From the NCBI RefSeq assembly GCF_000008385.1, contig NC_006833.1, forward strand, positions 90,001 to 122,000: a stretch of DNA of 32,000 nucleotides. Direction: 5' to 3'. Each line of letters starts with the position of its first letter. Within the stretch, counting starts at the first letter, position 1. Under the pieces are notes generated by a model, which was given only the letters and a program-made list of their open reading frames with translations, made no database searches and was not told the DNA's origin. Of the stretch, positions 17,354 through 27,783 are shown piece by piece. The translations under genes and the position numbers were made by a program. The DNA is from Wolbachia endosymbiont strain TRS of Brugia malayi. GTDB lineage: Bacteria; Pseudomonadota; Alphaproteobacteria; Rickettsiales; Anaplasmataceae.

Positions 17354-18397
17354 ATGAATGAAGAGCTACTGAATGAAATACCTTTACTTGAAGATAAGGC
17401 TGTCTTCGAAATTGAGAGTGCTTCTTCTTTGCAAGATTTGGAAAAAGTTAGACTGTCATATTTGGGAAGAAAGGGCGTAATTAAAGCTTACTTTGATGAC
17501 TTAAGAAAGGTGGAAGACACAGAAAAGAAGCGTGATTTAGGTGCAATTATCAACGTTTTGCGCAATAAGCTAGATCAGCTTATAATGAATAAGGAAAGTA
17601 TACTAAAGGCAGAAGAAGTTAATTTTAAATTGCAAAATGAAGCAATTGATATCACGCTGCCTGTTAGACCAGAAAAAATTGGTAGGGCTCACCCATTGAG
17701 TAAAGTCATGAATGAAGTGAAACTCATTTTTGCGCATATGGGCTTCAGGGCAGTTAATGGTCCTGACATTGAAGATGAGTTTCATGTATTTGATGCACTG
17801 AATACTCCGAGTCATCATCCTGCGCGAGAGGAGCAAGATACCTTCTACTTAAAGAACAAAATAAACGATAAAAGAATGATGCTGCGCACTCATACCTCAT
17901 CTATGCAGATTAGAGCCATGAAAAAAGCAAAAACTTTCCCAATTAAAATAGTAGCTGCCGGCAGGGTATACAGAAACGACTTTGATGCAACTCACACTCC
18001 TATGTTCCATCAGATGGAAGGATTATATGTCAATGAAAATGTCAATATGGGCCAGTTAAAATTTACTATTCATCACTTCCTCAATAAGTTTTTTGGAGAT
18101 AAAGAGCTAAAGATACGTTTTCGTAATAGTTTTTTCCCTTTTACTGAGCCTTCTGCAGAAGTGGACATAAGTTACAAAGAGAGTAAATGGATAGAAGTAC
18201 TTGGATGTGGTATAGTGCACCCAAATGTCTTTCAAAATGTTGGGATAGACCATACTAAATACAGCGGTTTTGCGTTTGGTATTGGCATAGAAAGGCTTGC
18301 AATGTTGAAATATCAAATTAGTGACTTAAGGAACTTTTACGATAATAAAATCAGCTGGCTTAGCCACTATGGCTTTCATTTTTCATCTTTAAGATAA
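17354..18397 (+). CDS. pheS: Phenylalanyl-tRNA synthetase alpha subunit
   Basis: 347 aa. Motifs: HPL..V..E...IF..MGF, HPAR...DTFY, LRTHTSS.QIR, FRNS.FPFTEPS.EVD, GCG.VHPNV, GFAFG.G.ERLAML. Confidence 0.94.
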   Translation: MNEELLNEIPLLEDKAVFEIESASSLQDLEKVRLSYLGRKGVIKAYFDDLRKVEDTEKKRDLGAIINVLRNKLDQLIMNKESILKAEEVNFKLQNEAIDITLPVRPEKIGRAHPLSKVMNEVKLIFAHMGFRAVNGPDIEDEFHVFDALNTPSHHPAREEQDTFYLKNKINDKRMMLRTHTSSMQIRAMKKAKTFPIKIVAAGRVYRNDFDATHTPMFHQMEGLYVNENVNMGQLKFTIHHFLNKFFGDKELKIRFRNSFFPFTEPSAEVDISYKESKWIEVLGCGIVHPNVFQNVGIDHTKYSGFAFGIGIERLAMLKYQISDLRNFYDNKISWLSHYGFHFSSLR

Positions 18398-19636
18398 GTG
18401 ATAAATAAAGCTTGCATGTTCATTATACTTGCTGCCGGACATGGCAAGAGAATGAATTCTGGTTTGCCTAAAGTTCTGCATAAAATAGGTAATTTTTCCA
18501 TGCTTCAACATATCATTTATAATGCGAGACAGTTAAATCCTGAAAATATATCTGTTGTAGCCAATTTGCCTTTAATTGAGAGATTGAAGTGCCTTGAGGA
18601 TATACAATTAATTACACAAGAATCAACGCTCGGCACAGGAGATGCGGTCAAGACTGCGGTGAGAAATATGAAAGAATTATCAGATTCGAACATAATTGTT
18701 GTGCAGTATGGAGATACTCCACTTATAAAAAACAGCACAATAACCCAAATGGTTAGTTGTTTAGAAGGTAAGGCTCTGGTCTGTCTTGGTTTTAAAACCA
18801 GCAACAAAGAATATGGTAGGTTAATTATTGAAAATGGTTCCTTGAGAGAAATTGTAGAGACGCAAGATGATGAAAATAGTGATGAAGAGTTTCTTGCTAA
18901 CGCTGGAATAATGGTTGCATATGCAAAGAATCTGCGTGAATTAGTGGAAAAAATAGAGTGTAACGGCTCAACTTATGAGTATTACTTAACCGATATAGTT
19001 TCCATTGCAGTAAAGAGTAATTTAAATGTCGGCTACGTTACCACTGATGAAGAGGAGGCAACTGGCATAAATAGTAGAAATGACCTTGCAAAAGCCGAGT
19101 TTTACTTTCAAGAAAACAGGAGAAAATTTTTCACCGATTCTGGAGTGACACTTGTTGCTCCAGAAACTGTTTTCTTTTCTCTTGATACACAAATTGGCAT
19201 GGATTCGATTATTTACCCATATGTTTTTTTCGGCCCTGGAGTAAGAATAGGACCTGGTGCTAAAATCGGTCCATTTACCAAATGCGAGGACACAACAATT
19301 GGCGATGGTGCAATCGTGGGAAACTTTGTCGAAGCAAAAGCAAGTGATATAGGTACAAATACTAAAATAAAGCACTTAAGTTACATAGGAAATACCGAAG
19401 TAGGGCGGGAAAGTAACATAGGTGCAGGTACTGTTGTTTGTAATTACGATGGGAAAAAGAAACATAGAACGAATATAGGAAGTAATTGCTTTGTTGGTGC
19501 CAACAGCTCATTGATTGCACCACTTAATGTTCACGATGAATCTGTCATTGCGGCTGGTAGTATTATAGTGAAGGATGTACCAAAGAAAAGACTTGTAATA
19601 ACAAGAAGAAAACAAATGGTTAAGAAAATAAAGTAA
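18398..19636 (+). CDS. glmU: Bifunctional GlcNAc-1-phosphate uridyltransferase / glucosamine-1-phosphate acetyltransferase
   Basis: 412 aa. The N-terminal nucleotidyltransferase motif ILAAGHGKRMNSGLPKVLH is present. The C-terminal left-handed beta-helix shows hexapeptide repeats (IGPGAKIGPF..., IGDGAIVGNFVE, IGAGTVVCNYDG, IGSNCFVGANSSLI). The start may be ATG 18416 rather than GTG 18398. Confidence 0.9.
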   Translation: MINKACMFIILAAGHGKRMNSGLPKVLHKIGNFSMLQHIIYNARQLNPENISVVANLPLIERLKCLEDIQLITQESTLGTGDAVKTAVRNMKELSDSNIIVVQYGDTPLIKNSTITQMVSCLEGKALVCLGFKTSNKEYGRLIIENGSLREIVETQDDENSDEEFLANAGIMVAYAKNLRELVEKIECNGSTYEYYLTDIVSIAVKSNLNVGYVTTDEEEATGINSRNDLAKAEFYFQENRRKFFTDSGVTLVAPETVFFSLDTQIGMDSIIYPYVFFGPGVRIGPGAKIGPFTKCEDTTIGDGAIVGNFVEAKASDIGTNTKIKHLSYIGNTEVGRESNIGAGTVVCNYDGKKKHRTNIGSNCFVGANSSLIAPLNVHDESVIAAGSIIVKDVPKKRLVITRRKQMVKKIK

Positions 19637-19649
19637 TTTAATCTTGCTC

Positions 19650-20983
19650 GGGAATGTTTAAAAAAGTGTGTCAAACGAGAAGTAAAAATATAACAGAAGT
19701 AAAAAATGGAAGTTTGATAAATGAATCAAAAAATAGGGAACAGAACTACTGGACTGGTAGATTATAAAGGACTAGAAACAAATATCCTGTCATCTATTAA
19801 GAGAAGGCAGGCCATTGACTGGAAGAGATAGGGTATTAACATCATTGAGAAAAAGTTGCTGGAAGCAAGCCTGGAAGGTGAAATAAAAAATCACTTATCC
19901 TCTGAAAGTGAAGAGAACAATCGAAAGAATGGGAAAATTCAAAGACTTTACGGACAAGTGCAGGTTCATTTGAGCTGTTAACACCAATAGATAGAGAGAA
20001 AAGCTTTGAACCTCAAAAAGTCAAACAAGCCTGTATCCAGAACTTGAAGCAAAGGTCTTAAGTACATACGCCAGTAGCATGAGGTACAGAGATATAGCAT
20101 TGCATGTAGAGGAAATTGGTATGATCGCAAAATATCTGCAGCGGAGGTATCAGTATTACTGACAAATTATTACCTATAATCAATGAATAGCGTAGTTGTC
20201 CACTACAATCTATATATCCAATAGTGTTTATAGATGGCCTATTTTTTGAGGTCAAGGAGGATGAACATTGCGTGAGTAAATGTGTGTACAACATATTAGG
20301 AATAGACCAAAATGGCAGAAAAGAAGTTTTGGGCTTTTATTTGGCTGAAAGCAAGAAGCTAGCTTCCGGTTGGGAGTACTAAATGACCTAATAAAGAGAG
20401 AGGTGTAGAGGATATTCTAATAGCTTGTGTTTTGATGGTCTAAAAAGCTTTTCTACAGCCATGAGTAGCGTATTTCCTAACGCAGAAGTACAGTTATGTG
20501 CAGTACATCGGATAAGAAATTCACTGAAATATGTATCGAGCAAAGATGTGAAGATTTCCATGAATGATCTAAAAAAGTATATCAGGCTTCAGGTGGAGAA
20601 ATCACGAGAATTATTTGCTTAAGCTAGAAGAGAAATGGGGAGAAAAGTACCCGTTAGTTGTGAAGTCTTGGCAAAATAATTGAGAAAATTTATCTAATTA
20701 TTTCAAGTATTCTGGTCTAGTAAGGAAGTTGATTTATACCATAAATCCTATTGAGAGATTGCACAGACAGATCAAAAAATTTACTAAAGTCAAGGATTCA
20801 TTTACGGCACAAATGCCTTGTACAAACAGGTATATTATGCTATAAAGAAGGCAGAGTAAGATTGGACTATAGCTATACCTAATTGAGTTTAACTATATTT
20901 CAACTTGATATCTTTTTCTTTGGTGGATTAAAAATCGAGTTGAATTAAAAAATGTGGTTTAATATACTTCTTTGAACATTACC
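19650..20983 (+). mobile_element. Degraded IS256-family insertion sequence (about 1.33 kb) with terminal inverted repeats and an 8-bp target-site duplication
   Basis: IRL is GGGAATGTTTAAAAAAGTGTGTCAAAC (19650-19676). The reverse complement of the right end (to 20983) is GGTAATGTTCAAAGAAGTATATTAAAC, matching at about 21 of 27 positions. The flanking direct repeats are tcttgctc (19642-19649) and tcttgttc (20984-20991). The length is typical of IS256. Confidence 0.8.
19721..20948 (+). pseudogene. IS256-family (Mutator-like) transposase, multiply frameshifted and stopped
   Basis: Fragments spread over three frames match the family. They are LEASLEGEIKNHL...NRKNG, GSFELLTPIDREKSFEPQ and RGVEDILIACV.DGLKSF..AMSSVFPNAEVQLCAVHRIRNSLKYVSSKD. 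Further fragments are LEEKWGEKYPLVVKSWQNN.ENLSNYFKY and LIYTINPIERLHRQIKKFTK. Confidence 0.85.
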
Positions 20984-21714
20984 TCTTGTTCTTTAATTAT
21001 CTTTTAACTTTTATATGTTATTTAATATAGATTGATACCTTAAGTTCAAGGTGAGAAGATTATTTATTTTAGTTGTATTGTCTAACTTTTCTTCAGTATA
21101 ACCGTGTTTTGGAGTTAATTGGATTAAAGATGGATCTTACTACACTTTATTGTCTTATTACTCTGGCAGTGAAAAATACGTAGGCCATCGCACCGGCTAT
21201 CACTATACAGACAACATTAAAATTTTAGCTGCGTATATGATGTTATCACTTCCTGGGTACTCTTTTACAGAAGGAAAAAAAGTGGACTTCTTATAGAACT
21301 CCATTACCATCACAGAATTGAGTACATAGATATCACTCTCTATCACTTATAATATGGGTGTTTCTGATACTGCGTCTATCAAATATCCTGGCATGGAAGA
21401 AATTGAACTTTGTAATCATATAACGATTATACAAATGTTTATCTACCGCTTGAGAGAAGAGAAATTGAGTATTTTGGTTTCTCTTTCTCTTGTCAGATGA
21501 GTTTTGGTATTGATCTCCGCTTTCTTCAAGAACAAGCCTCTTTGCTGGTTGCAGATTATAATGATTTCAAAAATTCTCTCACGTAGTCGAATTTGGAATA
21601 AAGATTTAACCTGTAAGAAGGTGTTACAATTATGCAACACCTTCTCAAGAAGAGTATTATTTAGTTTACTGTCATTAACGTCCCGTTCAGTGGTTTTGCA
21701 GTACTAGCTAACAT

Positions 21715-22182
21715 CTACATAAAGTTTTGTGCCTGGTGTGTTTGATTCATCAAGTTTTGTGCTGATATATCTGACAAGCTCCTTTGTCTCTCCCTTCCAC
21801 TTTTAACTCCCTGATAGATACAAAATGTAATAAAACTAATCGCCGCTAATGTAATAACACTTGCTATGATACAACAAGTCAACATTATTTTTTCTTGTTC
21901 TCCTACTGTTTCTATGAGTGTTCCCGCTTTTTCTTCCAAACCTGTAAATTTCTTCTGCAAGCCATTTAAGTACTCCTGCATACTTTGAAACTGCTCAGTG
22001 CCGATCTTTTCCTCTAATGCACTAAATACCTTTTCAAACTGCTCAGTGTTAACCTTTTGAGCTTCTTGCCATTTTTTTAATGCACTGAATATCCTTTGAA
22101 ACTGTTCAGCATCGATTTTTTGACTTTCCTGCAATTCTGTTACACCTAACCAATCGCATAAAATTCCTTTTACCATTTTCAT
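21715..22182 (-). CDS. Hypothetical single-pass membrane protein with an internal EQF-x3-FSAL repeat (coiled-coil)
   Basis: An intact 155-aa ORF. Three degenerate repeats occur: AEQFQRIFSALKKWQEAQKV, TEQFEKVFSALEEKIG and TEQFQSMQEYLNGLQ. A TM helix (IMLTCCIIASVITLAAISFITFCIY) and a basic/polar tail follow. No family was recognised. Confidence 0.5.
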   Translation of the reverse strand: MKMVKGILCDWLGVTELQESQKIDAEQFQRIFSALKKWQEAQKVNTEQFEKVFSALEEKIGTEQFQSMQEYLNGLQKKFTGLEEKAGTLIETVGEQEKIMLTCCIIASVITLAAISFITFCIYQGVKSGRERQRSLSDISAQNLMNQTHQAQNFM

Positions 22183-23478
22183 CCCCTAGCTAATTAATAT
22201 ACTATAATTTTACATTTCAAATGTTTAAATTATTATTAAATTGACTATTTACAAAATATAAAGATCTTTATATCAAGAAACGTCATTATGACCAACTCTT
22301 TGATTATCGATTTCCTGTCCCTGGATAAGGTACTCACTTCCATTTTTAATAAAATTAACATCACATGATTGAAACATATCTCTTAATTCACAGTTAAAAG
22401 TAAGTTAAGCGATGTTCTGTTCGAAGAGATAAGATTTATCAGGCTTAAAATAGAATACTATACACATTGTGTCTTTATCAGGTCTAGCTTAGATTAGTCT
22501 TCGATCTTTTCTTTCCCTAGCTTCTTCAAATCTTGCTTTTATTTCGTTCTGATTAAGTATATTCTGCTTATACTTATCACAGATCTTTTTAATATAAGCG
22601 AATCTATAATAGCAATTATATCATTGCCATTTTTATTAGCTAAAACCCCATTTAGGTAGTGTTATATCACTTCCTATTGCCTTTTTGTTCCTCATCTTTT
22701 CCATAAAGTTTTTTTCTCTGTTCTTTATATTTATCATTATGAACTACTCCTTCTTCCGTTTGAGATCCTTTTTGCTCACATAGCATATAATAAGTTGCAA
22801 TATACCTAAAGATGTCAACCTCAATTGCAAAATATATCCTTCCCTCAGACTTCTTACTGTGCATATCATGAAAATAATCTTGAATGCTTATTATATCCTT
22901 TCCACCTATCTTTCACCCTTGATCAATTTCTTTCCAATAAGAGTCATATTCAAGGGCATATAGATCAATGACATTTATTCTCATCTACCCCTTTAAATTT
23001 ATCCATCAATTCCTTGATTTGGCCTGATTTAAACCCTGGTCCGTTTATAACCGAAAAAATATCTCTATCTTTGCTAGTTCCTTATTTATATTTAATTAAT
23101 ATATTAACATAATGAATTTGCTATTCTTGTCATCCTGCAACATTTTTTCGGTGTCTTTTGGAACCAACGTTACAATAATTAGCACTTTGTTAGGTAAAAT
23201 TTTTAATTTTTTATCTATGCTCATAAAATTTCTAATAATACTTACTATACTATATAATATAATAAAATTATTAATAGTTAGATGTCCAAGAAAAACAATA
23301 AGGCGTAAGTCTTTGGGAGCAGTATTGTATGCTCCCATACTTGCTTTCAGAAGCAAGTTTTGAGAGAATTCTAGTTTGCTTTCTTACTCAATACAAAAGA
23401 ATGAAGTTTGAAATAAATATTTTTGTGTTATATTATTACTAAATCATCCTAAAAGGATTGGCTGAATAGGAGTAATCA

Positions 23479-24093
23479 ATGACGCAACAAGAAATGATAA
23501 CAATTAACGCAGAATTGCGTGATGTAACAAAAACAAAAGCAATACGTTCTCTAAGAAAGAAAGGGAACATACCTGCAGTTGTATATGGTAAAGGGCATAA
23601 TAATGTGAATTTAACATTGTCTGCAAAGGAATTCACGAAGCAATATAAGTTAGGTTTCCTTTCTGCACATGTGATAGAACTTGATATTTCAGGCAAAAAG
23701 GAATATGCCCTCGTTCGTGATATTCAATGGCATGTAGTAAAAGATACTATACAGCATGTTGATTTTCAATTTGTTGATAAAGGTAGTGAAATTAAAATAG
23801 ACATACCTCTATCATTTGTGAATGAAAGCAAATCTCCAGGAATCAAACTGGGCGGAGTACTCAACGTTTTATGTCGCTCTATCACTGTTAAATGTTCTCC
23901 TGACAAAATACCTCAGGCTATAGAAGTAGATTTATCGGGTAAAATGATTGGCCAGTCTGTACATATAAGTGATGTAAAATTGCCAGGAGGTGTTAAACTT
24001 GCAGCGCACGAAGAAGAAAACTTTACCGTTGTCACAATTTCTGCTGCTGATAGTGGCGTTGAGGAGTCTCAGGTGGAAACAACAGAGGAATAG
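23479..24093 (+). CDS. rplY: 50S ribosomal protein L25 / general stress protein Ctc
   Basis: 204 aa. An AGGAG Shine-Dalgarno precedes the ATG. Motifs: LR..G.IPAVVYGKG, and HV.EL.I.GK......RD.Q.H.V...I.H.DF. The acidic C-terminal extension is typical of the Ctc form. Confidence 0.92.
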   Translation: MTQQEMITINAELRDVTKTKAIRSLRKKGNIPAVVYGKGHNNVNLTLSAKEFTKQYKLGFLSAHVIELDISGKKEYALVRDIQWHVVKDTIQHVDFQFVDKGSEIKIDIPLSFVNESKSPGIKLGGVLNVLCRSITVKCSPDKIPQAIEVDLSGKMIGQSVHISDVKLPGGVKLAAHEEENFTVVTISAADSGVEESQVETTEE

Positions 24094-24641
24094 TGCATCT
24101 GATAGTTGGGCTTGGTAACCCCGGTAGTCAATATGAGCTGACTTATCACAACATTGGTTTTATCATTGTTGATGCAATTTGCAAGCATTGGAATTTTCAG
24201 TCTTTCTCTAAGAAAGCAGATTGCCTGATAACCTCTAGCGTAATTAATGATAATAAAATTATGTTAATGAAGCCTTATTCGTTTATGAATAATTCAGGCA
24301 TTCCTGTTGCAAGAATACGAAACTTTTACAAATTTTCGCTAGATAACGTCATTGTTATACATGATGATGCTGATCTAGAACCTGGCAGAATAAAAATAAA
24401 GAAGGGTGGTGGTTCTGCTGGACATAATGGACTTAAATCTATAGATAGTTCTATTGGTAACGATTATTGGCGCTTGAGATTTGGGATAGGCAGATCTGAC
24501 AGTCAAAGAAGTCTAGCAGATTACGTATTATCAAAATTTTCCAATCTTGATGATGTTATTCCCTTAGTAGAAAGAATAGCTCAAAACATACACTTAATGC
24601 TGCAAGGAAATAATATAGCTTTTACCAACTCAATTGTATGA
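24093..24641 (+). CDS. pth: Peptidyl-tRNA hydrolase
   Basis: 182 aa. Motifs: LIVGLGNPG..Y..T.HNIGF, MKP..FMNNSG, HDD.DLE.G.I.IKKGG...GHNGLKSI. The GTG start overlaps the rplY stop (TAGTG). Confidence 0.93.
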   Translation: MHLIVGLGNPGSQYELTYHNIGFIIVDAICKHWNFQSFSKKADCLITSSVINDNKIMLMKPYSFMNNSGIPVARIRNFYKFSLDNVIVIHDDADLEPGRIKIKKGGGSAGHNGLKSIDSSIGNDYWRLRFGIGRSDSQRSLADYVLSKFSNLDDVIPLVERIAQNIHLMLQGNNIAFTNSIV

Positions 24642-24907
24642 TATGACAAGGTTGTTTTGTGTAATTTAAACAACACTTTATTGTATCAGGCTCATTTCAA
24701 GTATAGATACTTTCATCTAATTAAAATCTTAATTATTATTAATATTATATTAATAAAAACTTAATAGTAATTCTTAATAATATAAGAATTAATAAGAATT
24801 AACATGTTCACAATTTTATATTATAGAGGAAACAGAAGAGTATTTTCTTAGAATAGGAGTGCAAAGAAATAGAGCTAAGTTCAGAGTAACTTAGAGATTC
24901 TAACTAT

Positions 24908-26149
24908 ATGTCAGGTTTACTTTCTGATATTATAGGAAGGGAGAAGGAATGGCGAAACTAGGTAAAACTATGCAATTATAGGTAACTGGAGAGTTAATTA
25001 AGAAATTAGTTGATTTAGAAGTAACCCTTAATGCCCGTGGTCAAGATGGGCATACCCCTTTATATGTTGCAATTTGGGAGGGCAATGTCAAAGTTACAAA
25101 ACCACTGGTAAAGTACAGTGTAAACGTTAATAGTAAGGATGAACGTAATTGTACGCTACTTCATATTGGAATCGGGTGTAAACAGCTAGAGATAGTGAAG
25201 TTGCTAATAGAAAATGGAGCAAACGTTAATGCAAAAACTAAAAATCATGGTAAAGATGATTTAACACCAATACACCTTGCAATCTTTGTAAATACGCTGG
25301 AGTTTATAGAATGACTAAGCAACAATGGTGCAATAATTAGTGAGAAAGAAAGTACTGAAGGACATACCCCTCTTCACCTTGCTGTTTTATACGGGAATAG
25401 AGGAATAATACAAGCCTTAGTTGATAAGGAAATGTAGATAAAATAATGGGTGCATAACTCTATACTTTAGCTGTTAGGCAATATACTGAAGTAGAAAATG
25501 ACAGCAGAATAGAAGTTATCGAGTATCTGATAAACGAACTCAAAGCAGATATGGCAAAGTAAAGGTAATAACAACAATATAGCACTTTTTCTTGCTGCTA
25601 ATAATTGTCCTGGGAAAGTAATAAGGCTTGTCATCGAACAACATTATAGAAAGTTTTGGTAGGGATCAATTGGAGAATTTTATCAACTATAAAAATAAAA
25701 TTGGAATAGGTGCTTTGGACATTGCACTCAATAGTGGGAACAAGAAAGCTATTGAAGTATTGAAATCATATGGAGCAGACATTGAGAATAGGGTAGACGG
25801 CGAGAGCCGCTTACTTCGTGCATTGAAAGAAGGTAATATAGAAAAAATGGAGCTTCTTTTAAGCTAGAGGGCAAACATTAATATAAAGAATGAAAAAGGG
25901 CTTACTTTTTTAGGTCTTACAATACAGAAAAACGGTCAAAGTATGGTTCAATTTCTAAAAGAAAATAGAGCAAAGAGAAGTTTAGAAATAGATAGTACAG
26001 TAATTACGCTAGCTATTATAACCCTCAGTTTGGCACTAGTGGTATATTCTGTTATAAAAGGCGTTCAAAAAGTTGCTGCAAAAAAAACAGATAACATTCT
26101 CAGTGAAGTAGAGAGTCAAAAAGTAGTATCTCCAAGGCAAAAAGTATAA
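24908..26149 (+). pseudogene. Ankyrin-repeat protein with a C-terminal TM anchor, frameshifted and stopped
   Basis: Clear ANK repeats are spread across frames. They are GHTPLYVAIWEGNVKVTKPLVKYSVNVN, CTLLHIGIGCKQLEIVKLLIENGANVNAKT, LTPIHLAIFVNTLEFIE, GHTPLHLAVLYGNRGIIQALV, IGALDIALNSGNKKAIEVLKSYGADIEN and RLLRALKEGNIEKMELLLS. The last ORF (25943-26149) carries a TM helix, ITLAIITLSLALVVYSVI. In-frame stops occur at about 24979, 25312 and 25436, plus frameshifts. Confidence 0.75.
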
Positions 26150-26268
26150 GGTTTTTTATAAAATAATCAGTAAATCGCGGAAAGCCATAGTGATTTATAG
26201 ATTTCTTATTGCCATGCTTTTGTAGTATGATATACTAATATTAAAATAGATGTGTAATATGTTAATAG

Positions 26269-27497
26269 GCGAAAATAATGATCAACAGCAAAATAGGATA
26301 AATAGAGCAAATACCATAATGGAAAAATATGAAACGCTTATAACAATACTGGTGAAATCAAAAAATCTATCAATATAATTTTGCTAGTAAGTATAATTCC
26401 TCTACTTTTTCTTCTTATATAGTTCTTTTTATATTAAGGTTAGCAAATTATTTTTTAAAACAGGAAGAAAATGAAGCAAAATTATCAGCCTGGTCAAAAA
26501 ATGTCATTAGGGTAATATTAAAAACTGTTTTAATCATATGCATTATTCCTTTCTATGTGTTTTTAGCATTGCCTGCATTGTTCTTGTGGTTGCTGAACTG
26601 GACTCTCGTTAAAGAAATATGGCGATTTAACGACTTAATGCAAGAAGCTCCAGAAGAAGAAAGGCAGCTTATCATATACAGGTTAGTTGATACCCTTCCT
26701 TTTATTACACAAACTACCTATGATCTAAGTGCAGTTGCTAGTGTAAATTTAAGTGTTAATAAACTAATAGAGAAGTATGGAGAAAATCTAAGCAAGGATG
26801 GATTCTATACACAGTTAAATAGAGAAAATACAACTAACATTGAAGGATACATTAAACAGTCAAATGAATTTAAAGCAGAAGAAAAGTCTCATGCACTAAA
26901 ATGCTTGGGATTTATCAATAGAATAGAAGATAAATTTCAAGACAATTGTAGTAAGTTAACGCTAAAGCAAGCAGATATTTTGTATTGAAAAGCCTACAAC
27001 GATAGAGACACAAGAATAGCAGAACAAGGAGTTCCTTTAAGTGATGAAAATGTAAAAGATAGGAAGAATATGTTTGTTAAGAGGTTTAATAGATGCAGCA
27101 ACAACTTATGGTGATCAAGGTCAAGGTTGTGCCGGTGGGACATACAATAAACTGTTTAAGTCTTTGTCTGGTTTACATCCATTAGTAGTTATCACACTAG
27201 ATCGACAGGAGGTCAGTAAATGACAAAAGAGGCAATTACTCTGGGATCTTCTGAAATGGCTAGGGAAAATCTTGGTAATTTTTCTAAAGAAGAGCAAGAA
27301 AAGATTAGTATGAATTACCTAAATTATCGCCTGAAATAGTAAGGCATATTATAGCCACATGCTTAGCTCTTAAGGAAAAGTGTCAGAGGTTTAACAACAA
27401 GCTGGATAGTGATACAAGAAAGGAGATATTAGAAACATGTATGGGTAATTTGCCCTATATTCCACTAGGTAATCCTTCAAATGAAATGACTAGATAA
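26269..27497 (+). pseudogene. Fragmented gene of unknown function (N-terminal TM region plus a soluble domain with a GQGCAGGTYNK motif)
   Basis: The reading frame from 26269 shifts near 26375 into the long frame ending at 26988, which contains the hydrophobic stretch VILKTVLIICIIPFYVFLALPALFLWLL. Further pieces after stops and shifts are KAYNDRDTRIAEQGVPLSDENVKDRKNM, GLIDAATTYGDQGQGCAGGTYNKLFKSLSGLHPLVVITLDRQEV, MTKEAITLGSSEMARENLGNFSKEEQEKI and SPEIVRHIIATCLALKEKCQRFNNKLDSDTRKEILETCMGNLPYIPLGNPSNEM. Confidence 0.4.
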
Positions 27498-27783
27498 ATT
27501 ATATTTCATTCAAGTTATTCATCTTGAAGCATAAAATAGGGTTTTGCATAATTATTTTAATTTGGGCCTATGTATTAAAATAACGTGCGAAATCGCAGTA
27601 TGCAGGTAAGTTAATATGCTTCTATACTTACACGTCACAACCACAGCTGTATGAACATTTATTTTGTGAGATAACTCACGCAACAAAGGCGTCATTCCAG
27701 CACGTGAAGCTGGTACAGTTCGTCATATCACGATTCATTTGTGGTATCTCTAGATTCCGCTAACAAGCAGCTGTTGTCAGTAA

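Noticed and set aside
18395-18400. pheS is followed directly by glmU (TAAGTG junction) instead of pheT
   Set aside because: Gene-order scrambling is common in reduced, repeat-rich endosymbiont genomes. pheT is presumably elsewhere, and nothing in the sequence indicates a functional link.
20984-21714. Short ORFs 21443-21640 (-) and 21504-21707 (+), and text such as GYHYTDNIKILAAYMMLSLPGYSFTEGKKVDF
   Set aside because: Stops occur in every frame and no family is recognisable. This is probably a gene remnant, but I cannot support any specific call.
22230-23090. Minus-strand fragments: GTSKDRDIFSVINGPGFKSGQIKELMDKFKG, MRINVIDLYALEYDSYWKEIDQG and the ORF at 22667-22864. I considered a toxin-antitoxin, Abi or RT remnant.
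   Set aside because: There are multiple stops and frameshifts, and no diagnostic catalytic motif could be identified by eye. It is left as an unassigned degraded region.
23096-23363. Two mutually overlapping ORFs of about 85 aa on opposite strands
   Set aside because: This is extremely AT-rich low-complexity sequence rich in Ile, Leu, Phe, Asn and Lys. It has no motif and no RBS. It is most likely non-coding spacer upstream of rplY.
24721-24800. Imperfect palindrome AATTCTTA-N6-TAAGAATT and the direct repeat aagaattaa x2 upstream of the ANK pseudogene
   Set aside because: It sits in a run of TTAATA-type low-complexity DNA where such symmetries arise by chance. The downstream gene is dead, so no regulatory call can be supported.
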